From contig CM060732.1 of assembly GCA_030704615.1 (NCBI GenBank), positions 69,688,001 through 69,752,000 on the forward strand: a stretch of 64,000 nucleotides of DNA, written 5' to 3'. Both the position numbers and the translations under genes were made by a program. The stretch comes from Takakia lepidozioides. Taxonomy: Eukaryota; Plantae; Bryophyta. A model generated the notes under the pieces. That model saw only the letters and a program-made list of their open reading frames with translations. It was not told the origin of the DNA and searched no databases. Positions 37,148 through 62,320 of this stretch are shown here, piece by piece (the first letter of the stretch is position 1; the number at the start of each line of letters is the position of its first letter).

Positions 37148-40100
37148 GAGGTTAGGTAGCGCGTGAGCATGCTCACGTGAGCACAAGGGCATATTCCCCG
37201 AATTTCCATGAAATTTCCGCGAAATGTCCACAACGAAACGGAATTGGCGAAACTAATAATTTTTTGAAACTAACACATAAAGAACAAGTAGCCCCTATAC
37301 CTGATGAACATGTTACCCTATAAGCGTTGTTTTTTCTCACGTTGTGCTCACACGATATTAGGTCCTTTTCATAACAGACATGAGAGTGGGCAGTGATGTC
37401 TAGCCTTAAATTTAAGATCATCATCCATGGATAATTTCGCACGGCGAAACTTTGTACCAACCAGCCTGAGAAGAAACCACACTGTAGCTGAAATGATAAA
37501 TATGTCACTTTTAAAGGCCCTACCCATGTATATTTTTGTAGAGCGAAACTCTCTCCCTTTACAACAAGTACAATTACATATTGAGATATGTATTTGCAGT
37601 GCGAAACGCTGATCTCTGAAGAGAAGTTGGGTAACGTGCAGTTAAGATGCTCACAAACATGAAAAAATATGAATTTTTTTTTTGAGATGCCCAAAGAAAA
37701 TCGCACCTGGTTTTAAACGAATACACTGTCAGACAAAAGTTTCGTGTTGAAAAACTCTTTTGTCACGACAAAGCAGTTCAAATCCCTCAATTAATATCTC
37801 TCAATATTGGTTCAACAACATGCAAGTTTTTGAACAAGAACAATGTCAGACATGAGTTTCTTACTGAAAAACTCTTTTGTTACAGGAAAACAGTTCAATT
37901 CCCTCAATTCATGTCCCTCCATATTGTCTCAAAGCATACTGGTTAACAAATACACTGTGAGACAAGAGTTCCGTGTTGAGATACTCTTTTGTTACGGCCA
38001 AGCAGTTCAAATCCCTCAGTTCATATCCCTCCAAAAATATTTTCAGACAAGAGTTTGTGTTGAGGAAATGATGCAGATTTTTGAACAAAACCCTTGCCAG
38101 ACAAAAGTTTTGTGTTGAGAAACTCTTTTGTCACGACAAAGAATTTCAAATCCCTCAGTCCATACCCCTCCATATTTGTTCGAAAGGATGTAGGTTTTTG
38201 AACAAATACATTGTCAAAGAAGATTTTCATGTTCAGAAACTCTTTTGTTATGACAAAACAATTCAAATCTCTCAATCTCTGTCCTTCCATATTGGTTCAA
38301 AAGCATGTAGGTTTTTGAACAAAAACACTGTCACAAAAAAATTTCGTGTTGAAAAACTCTTTTGTATGGCGAAACAATTCAAATCTCTCAGTCCATTCCC
38401 CTCGATATTAGTTCAAAGGCATGCAAATTTTTGAACAAAAACACTGTCACAGAAGAGTTTCGTGTTGAGAAACTATTTTGTTATGGCGAAACAATTCAAA
38501 TCTCTCAGTCCACGTCCCTCCGATATTGGTTCGAAAGCATGCAGGTTTTTGAACAAAAACATTGTCCAAGAAGAGTTTCGTGTTGAGAAATTCTTTTGTT
38601 TTGGCGAAACAATTTAAATCTCTCAATTCACGTCCCTCCATATTGGTTCAAAAGCATGCAGGTTATTGGACAAAAACACTGTCCGAGAAGAGTTTCGTGT
38701 TGAGAAACTCTTTTGTTATGGCGAAACAATTCAAATCTCTCAGTCCACGTCCCTCCAATATTGGTTAAAAAACATGCAGGTTTTTGAACAAAAATACTGT
38801 CTGAAAAGAGTTTCGTGTTCAGAAACTCTTTTGTTTTGGCTAAGAAATTTAAATCTCTCAGTCCACGTCTCTCCATATTGGTTCAAAAGCATGCAGGTTT
38901 TTAAAGAAAAACATTGTCTGAGAAGAGTTTCGTGTTGAGAAATTCTTTTATTATGGCTAAGCAATTTAAATCTCTCAGTCCACGTCCCTCCACATTGGTT
39001 CAAAACATGTAGGTTTTTGAACAAAAACACTGTCAGAGAAGAGTTTCGTGTTGAGAAACTCGAATTTCGGAACAAAAACACTATCAGACAAGAGTTTCGT
39101 GTTAAAAAACTCTTTTGTTATGGCGAAGCAATTCAAATCCATCAGTTCATGTCCCTCCATATTGGTTCAAAAGCATGCAGGTTTATGTTGAGAAACTCTT
39201 TTGTTATGGCGAAATAATTGAAATCTCTCAATGCATGTCCCTCCATATTGGTTCAAAAGCATGCAGGTTTATGTTGAGAAACTCTTTTGTTATGGCGAAA
39301 TAATTGAAATCTCTCAATGCATGTCCCTCCATATTGGTTCAAAACATGCAGGTGTTTGAACAAAAAAACTGTCAGAGAAGAGTTTCGTGTTGAGAATCTC
39401 TTTATGCAGGTGAATAAGTTTACATCACTCAGTTCATATCCCTCCATATTGGTTAAAAAACATGCAGTCTTTTGTGCATGCTTTTGAACCAAAACAATGT
39501 TAGACGAGAGTTTCGTGTTGAGAGACTCTTTTGTCAAGGCGAAAGAGTTCAAATCCCTCAGTTAGTATCTCTCCTTATTGTTCCAAATGCATGTAGGTTT
39601 TTGAACAAAAAACACTGTTAGAGAAAAGTTTCGTGTTGAGAAACTCTTTTGCTACGCCAAACTAGCAATTCATATCACGGAGTTTATATCCGTACATATT
39701 GGTTCTAAAGCATGCAAATTCTTAAACCATTACACTGTCAGACAAGAGTTTCGTGTTGAGAAACTCTATTTTTATGACAAATGAGTTCAAATCCCTCAGT
39801 TCGTATCTATCCATATTGTTTTAAAAGTATGCAGGTTTTGGTACACAACCATAGTCGGATAAGAGTTTCATGTTGAGAAACTCTTTTGTTACGACGAAGT
39901 ATTTCAAATCTTTTAGTTCATATCCGTCCATATTTGTTCAAATGCATGTAGTGCTTTGAATAAATTTACTGATAGATAAGAGTTTCGTGTTGAGAAACCT
40001 TTTTCAATCTTTGAATTCATTACTAAAAATTGTTGACATTAATGTTATCAAAGCGAAACAATCTCAGACCTTCTCAGATTTTGTGATAAAATTCACGGCA

Positions 40101-40698
40101 CAAGAAGGAATATCTTGATTTTATTGATGATCTAAATGACAGATGTATATGTTAACTTCATTCCTAAAAGAAATTTCAGTAAGCGAAAGTATCATCATTT
40201 GTTATCCTATCTATATTGTTATGTAAATCATTTCAATCAATATCGTCATATTTTATGCTTACCGTGTGTTTGGTGTTAACAAATACATTTTCCGAGTTCT
40301 ATTTAGCATCACATTTCAATAGCATTAGAATTGTATTTTGTATCAACATCAACTATTTTGTTTTCGTTGCATGAAATTGTTGCGATGTTTTTTCTTTTAA
40401 GGCTCTCTTTCCTCAATGCGAAACCCACTGCTGTTTAGTTTGTGCCCATATCACCAAGTATTTCTCAATGCAAAACTCGCTGCCGCCGCTATAGGTTTAG
40501 GGTTTTTGGCTACACTATTGAAGATTTCGCCTCACTGGATTGGTGCTGATGTACCGATAAATGCACCGGTCCTCTATATCCACTTTTGATTTTATTCCAT
40601 TCTGAAAACATATAACTCCTATGACCGCGGTTAAAAAATCATATAACTCCCACGACCATGGGTTGTGTTCACGCGCATGCTCACACGATACCAACCCC
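37148..40698. mobile_element. Non-autonomous TIR element (~3.5 kb, possibly Mutator-like) containing a satellite array
   Basis: GAGGTTAGGTAGCGCGTGAGCATGCTCACGTGAGCACAA at 37148 is inversely matched by TTGTGTTCACGCGCATGCTCACACGATACCAACCCC at 40663-40698. Confidence 0.7.
37715..40000. repeat. Tandem satellite, ~117-bp monomer, ~22 copies (some truncated)
   Basis: Recurring AAGAGTTTCGTGTTGAGAAACTCTTTTG..CCATATTGGTTCAAAAGCATGCAGG, mostly spaced 116-120 bp apart. Confidence 0.95.
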
Positions 40699-42582
40699 CT
40701 CCCCCCTCTACCCCCCATAGTGAGCCTCCTTACGGCCACCTCCTCCCCTTGGCCCTTGTTGCCGGCCTCACGGACCTGGTATGAGTATTAGTACCCTAAA
40801 CCTAATACCAGACTGGTCTGGTGTCGGTATGGGCTTGGGTACTGGCCAACCGTAGACCAGGCTGGTCTGTTATCAATACCAGTACTGATACTAAATACCA
40901 GGCATCAGACCACTATCAACACTGGTCTGAACTGCGAACCCTAATCTGTGGCAGCTGAATCTGCTACCTTTTTGCAGATCAGAGCTTGTGCGAAGACATT
41001 AATGAGAGTAGTAATGGCGACGCAGAGCTCATCAATGCCATTACCCAGTGCCTTCACTGCAAGCAATCAATGCCTTCCTCCCGCTCCAACAATCTGCTTG
41101 TTTTATTAACAAAATGAGTTAGATCTTTGTTGCTCTGCCATTACTACCGAGAACACTTTGAAGGCGCTGAGTCAGTACCAAATGTGTCATAAATGCTCCA
41201 TCTCCGTAGTTTGATGAGGTGGGGAGAGCAGGGGCGCGAGACCGAAGTTATGCTGAGCATGTGCTATTGCTATCATCACGCATGTTTGCTGAGGGTTTGA
41301 ATTTTGAAACCCCAAAAGATCTGCGATCTTGTGCGAGTTGATTGAAAGATCTAGTGTTTACTAAAGAGGTGTCCATGTTTCGAATTTCGAGTTTCGACCT
41401 ACTTCGTCTACCGACGTCGGCCAGAAATGGCCAAACCAGTTGTGCCGGTATGATGGAGCTCGACTGATCACACGCTGCTGAAGTTGCCCTGCGGCAGGAC
41501 ACACGAGGTCTAACTCACGCCCGATATGGGTCATGTCAAGTACAGAAAAACTCGCCACTCTCGACGCAGACCTCCGCACATAGTATGGTACGTTTCCAAC
41601 AATCCAGCAACACCACCGTCAATTTAGCAGCTTTAAATAGGCCACCTACTACCTTGGCAGCTGAACAATATCGCGAGGACGCTCTGGAAGTCGGAGGCAA
41701 GACTGAAAGCCTTTGGACAAAAAATAGGTAGGAATCTCCAATGTGTCAGGATTACACCAAGCGAGGACAAGAGCGCGTAGAACACGTATTTCTCGAAGCC
41801 AATGTTTCTTGTCAGATCTGTAGCCGGGGAAATAATCAGAGGATGAAGAATTTCCTGCGGAGTGGAGTGGCTCTCCCGACAAATTGTTCGATTGAGGAGA
41901 GAGCAAGACACGATGGGAGAGGAAACACACAGAACTAACAGAAGAAAAACCACAACGGTCAGAAGTGCATCCTTGAACATCCACAAACGATGAACAACAA
42001 ATGGCATATATCTAGTGAGGTTTCAGTACACTGAAGAGAAGAAAAATTTCACCTGAATGAATAGCAAATCAATCAGATGCGGAGCTGATAGTTGCTCCCT
42101 TGAACAAGCAGCATAACATAGAGTGGTCCAGTGAGCTCTATCACCCATCTGTGATCCCAACCTTGCGCTGTATATATACCTGCTACTAAGTGACTGAAGT
42201 ATGTACTCACCACTTACCCAGACAGCCTCATATTTGTACCACACCCCTTACGAAGGTGAAGGAAGACTTCTATAACTTCCTACCAAATCAAGGATCATCA
42301 CATGTGATGAGGTGGGATAAACAAGCAAGTTTTGGACCGACCTGTGTTGCCTTCAGAAATTACTTGATTCCCTGAAACTTTAATAGCCAAACTTCTTTAT
42401 ACGCTCTGCAATTTGCAATCTGTTCTCGGCAGTCTAGCAATCCCCACTTATACAGTGTTTCCCGTCTAGTGAAGTCCGACAACCACTCGCTACCCCTCAC
42501 CTACCCTCTCTAGCTGTTCTTCCCTTTCAAGAATTTAAACAAGTGACTGATGAACCAGATGGTGTGAAGGGGCCCAGGCAAA

Positions 42583-45500
42583 TCATGGCAGATTTAGCCT
42601 GCAGTCGATACAAGTTCCAGAATTGTCTGCTGTAAACCCTTCACTACAGCTGCAGCCATATCCGACAGGTGCTGAAGGGTCTGATTGACAAATGGCATTC
42701 GAATCCCCATGTGCTCTGCAAGTGTCTGATACACCACAACCCATCGACGAACATCTTGAAGGAGAACAAATAAATGGAAGCTTGATATCACAAGCAAGAT
42801 CGTTAAGCATGTAGTCTAGAGATTTTATGGGTTTTCCTGAGATGAAAGACTTGTACTTTACAGTGGTGCAACCCTCTTTCCCATACAGGTTATTGGGCTC
42901 TGCGAAGTTCCAAAATGACTCCTGGAAGGAAATGCACGGTGACAACGGCCAGCTCCATGCAGAACTCGGTGGCAAGACAGCATGAGGTTTTCTCCCTCCT
43001 AGGTAGCAGCCTTGGCCTTTGGGGCTGTAGGAATCCAGGAAACCTTGGCCAAGAGGTGTCAGTTTGCACAGATCACCTACATCCTGCAGCTCATCAAGAC
43101 TTGCAACAGCTGCCAAATGCCCACCATGCTGCCGGCAATACAACTCGGCCTCGTCCCATGTATGACTCTCCTCAACTAGCATGAAGCAAGATTGTGAGGC
43201 TACACCAGCAGTGTATCCTGTTGGGCATTCTGAGGCTCGCGGGACCCATTGCACCGGGCTTGAAGGTGGAGGTGGACAAGAACTAACAGAGGGAGGGGAT
43301 GATGGCACTGTAGGCAAGGAAGGAGATGAATACGTGTAGGGTGGTGGAGAGGGAAGTGGGGGGACTGGGGCAGGAACGTATGGAGGGGGAGACTGAGGAG
43401 GGCTTGGAGGTGGGGAAGATAATTGAGGAGGTGGAGGGGAGGGAGGTGGAGGAGAGTACTGAGGAGGGGGAGGGATGTACACCTGTGGTGAAGGATGGGA
43501 GGGTGGGGAGGACCATTGATAGGGCGGCGGTGGTGAATATTGAGGTTGAGGTTGGGAAGGAATGGGGGGAGAGCTGGAAGGCAGGGGAGATGAAGGTGGA
43601 AGGGAAATGGAAGGCGATGAACCGGATTGTGGAGGGGAAGGGGAGGAAGGATCCGTAGGCGGGGGAGGGTCGCCACATTCCTGCGGCGGCTTCTGGTTGG
43701 GGACACCTGGTATGCAGTTGCCATTGTCATTGAAGATGGGGATCTTCAGACAAGTGGGGCTGACCCCTGTGAAGAAGTTGTTGGAGATGGTTACATTCAT
43801 CAAGTGGGGCAAATTGCAGAGATTTGCGGTCACATCGCCAGTGAGCTGGTTATCCCCCACATCGAAAACAATCAGACTGGAGGCGTCTGACAGGCTGTAG
43901 GGCAACATGCCACTAAGTCCATTGAAGCTCACATCGAACACTGTCACCAGGTTCAGTAGGCCAATCTGCTCAGGAAGTGGACCAGCGATAGAGTTGTTCA
44001 GGAAAAGAACCTCATTCAAAGAACGTGACATGCTTCCTACACTGGTGGGGATTCCACCTGTCAGATAATTGTTTGCCACCACCACCACTGAGACAGGCGA
44101 ATTTCCAAAGTTCTCAGGCAAGGGAGAGTCAAATGCATTATTGTTGACGAACAAAGCATCCAGACTTTTGTCGAAGAGTTCCGGTGGAAGGGGTCCCCCG
44201 AAATTATTGAAGCGGATGTCGAGGTAGATGAGTTGAGGGATTTCCAAGACCACTTCCGGGAACGGACCTGAGAAACGGTTGTTGCTCAAATCAAGCTCAA
44301 ACAAGATCTCCCAATTCTCAAATGTTCCTGGGATCGTCCCTGAGAATCGATTGGTGTTGATATGGAAAATCCCGAGTTCGTATATCCACCCCAATTCTTC
44401 TACTAAAGTGCCTTCCAAGTCTGCATGGTTCAAATCAATACCCGCAACCACTAGTACACTGGATGTGCTATCATTCAAAGGTGGCGAACAAAACACTCCC
44501 TTGTACTGACACACATCGTATCCCACCCATGTCGCTGTGATACCAAGAGGATCATCTGTAATGGCCCCTTTCCATGCTTGGAGAGCAACATACGCACGAG
44601 CTTGGCTTGTATCCAGGCCATACTGATGACCGATTCCGTGTGGGTGATGGTTGAACCCCTCGGAATAGTAATCCTTGCCAAGGAGGTGGCGGTCCACCCA
44701 GGGAGGATCCGGGATCCCATCTCCCGAACCAGCAGCTGGTCGTGTTTCCGACGCCTGCCCTCCTGTACGCAAACAAGGTATATGAGCGAACCACAATCAA
44801 GGTAATTAGGAATCGTTTGATCAATGTCCGTGCTCGCCTTGAATCGACAGTCACCAGACACTGTGAAGTTTCAGCTATGCCGACTGCAGGTTCATGGAAA
44901 ACAATCAACACTACTTGTTGTTTCCCAAACTAGTGGAAACTTCAAAACAACAATCTGCTGATCTCGCTCTGTGTATGTGGTCCCCCTGGACGCTAGATTT
45001 GTTCATCACTCTGCCGTGCAGACGGCGCATTGAGCTCTTCTATAAATCGATATCTAGAGGTCGAGAAGGTTGACGGGACGTCCAACAATATTCAAGATAT
45101 GCCTGGCCACAGGTGAAAACTGTTGTGCGACCTTTGAAGTGGACAGACAGGCCTTAGTCGGTTAAGAGGAAGAACTTCAATGTCACACTGGACGTTCACA
45201 CATCTACACGTGAGTAGTTTACTTATCAACTCAAGCCGACCTTACTGAACTCTATTTAATGGAAGCATAAATTTCCTCATTGCTGTAGATGGCGGCGGTC
45301 ACAGGTTATGGGTACGGCCCTGCTCAGGAAGAATACCTCATGGTATCTGGACGTTCGGAAAATCGGCAGAATACATTGGCAAACCCAGACAACGAGAGCG
45401 CAGTGAAGACGCGTGTTCTCTCTAATTCCTAACTAATCTACGCCAACGCAAAGATGTGAAGTCGCTTTCTCTGATAGATAGCGTGACACCTGGACACAAA

Positions 45501-45673
45501 TTGAAAGAGAGTGGGATCTCAGAGAGGAGACAGAGAGAACCTGCAGCCATACCTGAGACTTGCGACAGAAGAAGAGAGATGCATATCAGGACGAGTAACA
45601 AAAAGCTCCCGAGCATGCCCTTCCGTTGCTGCTGCAAGATTAAGGCCGCTGGGCCTACATCAACCTGTGCCAT
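42583..45673 (-). CDS. Secreted LRR-extensin (LRX-like) fused to a C-type lectin domain and an EGF-like module, ~766 aa
   Basis: Exon 1 45673-45553 (hydrophobic signal MLGSFLLLVLICISLLLSQVSG, phase 1) splices in frame to exon 2 44762-42583. LRX cap AYVALQAWK..W.G.DVC.YKGVFC, VAGIDLNHA, plant LRRs, NCIP..QKPPQEC; SP3-4/Tyr extensin; CTLD ~43227-42766; EGF ~42752-42600. Confidence 0.93.
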
Positions 45674-47384
45674 GCACCGGCCTTTCTCCCTAGTCCCTGA
45701 GACAGGTCCACGTCCCCCTCACCTGTCCTCTCTCATCTCCTTCCCTGTACACTGACCTCCCTCTTGTATCTCCTTTCCTGTTAGAACCCTGACAAATCAA
45801 CCCAAGCTGAACATTCAATAACAAAACAGCAAGTGGGCCGATCCGATAATTAATGGGTTGATACCAAATGAACATCAGGGGCCGCTACTGTTAAGTTTGA
45901 TCACACAGACGAGTGCCATCGACAAGAAACAATCTAAGGATCATCCACGTCAAGTTAGCATGAAACTGGATTCCTGCTTCACAATGCATACTGAGAATGG
46001 AGAAGGCTACTGTAATAGACAAGGTTTTCCATCGTTGAATCATGATGCACTGCAGTAGTTCATCCCTAGGTCTTGGTATCTATCAATGGCCTCCTCCTCA
46101 ACCAAGTATGCAAAAAAAAAAAACCAGGAACTTGTGCACATTGCTCTGTTGTGCCATGCAAATGCAGCCTGCAGACAACTCCGCAGGGAAGAAATACAAT
46201 GTCCAACAAATCCAAGGGTGCAGTATTAAACCTAACATGACAGCCAAAACGCAACAAGCTCTTAATAATTTGACCATCCATCGGTGCAGTCCACAGCCTA
46301 ATCCCTGACTAGTAGATGCCAGCTCAGGTCCATCCCTCCCACATCTGCACTGCTCAAGGGGGACCGCCAACAATGTGTGCCAAACGTCCGTCTCTACATA
46401 AAGGATATTGACCTCAAAATGCTTGCACCTCTTGTTCATGCGCCGCTGCCATATGAAGCTGAAATGCTTGCACTGAACAAGCGGTAATAAAACTCTGACC
46501 TTGAGTGGAAAACCGTTGGGCACTACTTACCCAAAAACCAAAGCCGCTGCAAAGCAAGCATCATATACAACTCTTTCTCTCCCTCGCTCTCTTTCTCGCT
46601 CGTGCTTCTCACGCAATGAATGGGTGGAGAAGAAAACAAATCTTGGAAACTTCAGATCTTGAGAGGACAGTGCTGCCTTGGCCGCCGGGGTGGCAGACGC
46701 ATAACTTGGTGCATTAATTTTCCCACTAAATTTGAACTGCATTAATAAAGGCAACTTGGGCAGTCAAATGTGGCCTGTCACCACCAACCGTGACATGCGT
46801 GCCACCTCTCCTGTTTCCCATCAATCTCCAATCTCCCTCTGAACCTAGATCTCTCTGGACAGATTGGTCATTAGACATGTCTTCCAAGTTCGAGAGTCTT
46901 ACAAACTACAAAGAGGGATGTTAATCCCTTAAGGAGTAGGTACATGGTGGGTTGTTGGGTACGCTGCAGCCGCAATAACTGGCTGATGATTCTGTTCCGT
47001 TCTGCAGCCAAAATAGAGTAGAATAATCTGCAGCACAGTCTGCAAACATGGGACGGTGAGACTTGGGGAATAGATAGCAATCACGCATCGATGAACCGGA
47101 TAGGCATTGAATTCAATTTTGTTCGAGTATATACAATGCTGGTCCCACCCCAAAGGCCATGATGAAAAGTGAACGCGGGGTGTGGCAATTAATTCCGTTG
47201 ACGGTTGAGTAACTAGTAAAAAGGCAAGTTGAATGTAGTGAGTTCTCCTCGCTGACCGGCGAAGGCGGTGTACTGGCTCTGGCACCGGCAGTGGCCGGTG
47301 GCCGATATTAGTGGGTGCCCCATTATTTGTCCTGTCACTCATCTTGTGTGCTAGTACAGTCTGATGAAGGGAAGGCAGTTTAAC

Positions 47385-47449
47385 TGTGAGTGTGTGACTC
47401 AGTGTGAGAGAGACACAGAGAGTGAGAGAGAGTGAGAGAGAGAGAGAGA
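47385..47449. repeat. GT/GA microsatellite
   Basis: Direct inspection. Confidence 0.85.
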
Positions 47450-48513
47450 TGTTTGGAATGAGAATTTATGACTCTTAGTATTCAATGGCCCAGCGATCAA
47501 TCAAACACAGAACTCCCAACTTACAAGCCCATCTGCATAGAGACTCAAAACTGGTCTGCAAAGTTGACTATCTGTCTTGTGGATCCATGTGGCCTTGTGG
47601 GTGCCAACGGACAGCCAATAAATCCATTCACTCATTGATTAGGTGAAGATGATTGCAATACTTATGAATGAATGAATACAAAATTTATGAACCATCTGAG
47701 GCTTCTCATGGGCGTGTAATGGTAAGGGAGCAGTGCGAAGATGGGAACTGGAAGACACTAAGGCACCACCTTTATTGGCTCTGCCAATAAATCTGCAAAC
47801 CTTGGGGGATAAAGAGTCCGTTACATGATTCAGTCACGGTTGGACCTGGATGGAGGGAGCAGAGGATGTGATGCTCTGACCCCTTTCAGATGATCATATC
47901 AGGCTTTGTTCTTGACTGTCTCTGCTTGTTGTATCGATGTCAGACTTGGATTGGGAGTAACACCATGTATTATGGTCGACATTGTTTGTTGAGGGGCCAG
48001 GCTGACATCAACGCTCCTCCTGCCCTTCCATCTGATCTCCCAGGACTCTGAAACCATCTTCACATAGTTTTGATATTAGTGTTATCTACCATGGCCAACT
48101 GCAAGTCAAGGGCAGTCTACAGATGGTTGTTCATCTGCTTGCTGTATCAAACATGCGATTGCATTTCTGAACCCACAAGCCAATCGGCGTACAAGTACTC
48201 CATATCACATGGCCCAGAAACAAATTTAGGGCTTTGGTAAAATTCAAGTCATACACTTGTCACTCAAATAGCAGAGATCTACTCCAGAAAATATTTCTTT
48301 GGTTTAGCCATTAGTTGTATGCATCATGCTTCATACATCATTGTTTGCACTATTTCCACTATATACCACTGTATATGAGCTTGATTGACAGGATTAACTG
48401 ATCAACAGCAGCGACTGTCTCACAGCTAGCTACAAGTCTGAATCAAAGTTCGGTAACTCCTGAAAAGTCTTCCAATTGGCCTGGAAATCTGAGGGCCAGT
48501 CCGCCAGCAGTAG

Positions 48514-61362
<12,849 letters not shown>

Positions 61363-61839
61363 GACCGGGGCAGCTCTCGTACAATAGAGCTGGACGAAGC
61401 TGTATCTGCCTGCAAAATACCTGCACTAGCCTAAAACATGCCCAAGCATACGGAAGAAAGGGGAACAATCATTACCGAGGAACTACCTCTTCCCAATAAC
61501 TCCATCCTCCATTCCCGCTGAAGACGACCTCAAGGATGTGAGGAATTGCTCATTCACACAAAAGCTTATCGCAATTTTCTTCTGATCCTCTTTGCAATCA
61601 GTAGCCTACCAGCTTTCAAACTGCAACTCACACTTGTCTCCAGCAATTGATCAACTCCATGTTCATAGATTTGTCAAGCTCGTTTGCAGCACCTCCACGA
61701 TCCCCTCCTCTTCCTCCCCACAGCAATATCTCCGTTCCAGGTAGGATATCGCTATCGCTGTTCTCATCATTCATCCAGTCAGCTATTCTTTCATTCATCC
61801 TGAAGCTTATCTATCCATCCGTCTCTTAGGGCTCCACCA

Positions 61840-61852
61840 AAACCCTAAACCC
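61840..61852 (+). promoter_or_regulatory. Telo-box (AAACCCTA) upstream of PRP28
   Basis: AAACCCTAAACCC ~480 bp upstream of the ATG; telo-boxes are common near plant RNA-processing and translation genes. Confidence 0.55.
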
Positions 61853-61866
61853 GTTTCTGCCATTGT

Positions 61867-62320
61867 GATATCTCTCTCTCTCTCTTCGTATTATGACGGC
61901 CAGAGCCGCAAGTAGAAGAGAAAAGATGCGGGTGAGGTAAGTTATATCCGGTACTCGTGTGTCATTCGATATGGTATCACTGAAACCTTGAACAGCTCTA
62001 AAGACTAGATAGTTTTCTCTATTGTACTCTCTTTCCTTTCTCTTCCATGTATGCCGGCGCCATTGAGCCGGGGTTGATAGACAAATAGGATATCTCTCGC
62101 TCTCCGTATTATGATGGCCAGAGCCGGAAGTAGAAGAGGAAAGATGCGGGTGAGGTTTACCACTAAGTTATATCCGGGACTTCGTGTCATTCGATATAGT
62201 ATCACTGGAACTTTGAACAGCTCTAAAGACTAGGTAGTTTTCTCGATTGTACTTTTCTTTCCTTTCTCTTCCATGTATGCCGGCCCCATTGAGCCGGGGT
62301 TGGTAGACAAATAGGATATC
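61867..62320. repeat. Tandem duplication, 2 x ~225 bp
   Basis: 61867-62088 and 62089-62320 are colinear and highly similar. Confidence 0.92.

Noticed and set aside
37715-40000. Satellite-derived ORFs as real genes, or a CRISPR array
   Set aside because: The whole monomer repeats with no unique spacers, and frequent indels break the frames.
44763-44796. ORF-track start of the 737-aa LRX ORF
   Set aside because: Non-ATG start inside an intron; the signal-peptide exon at 45673-45553 splices in frame.
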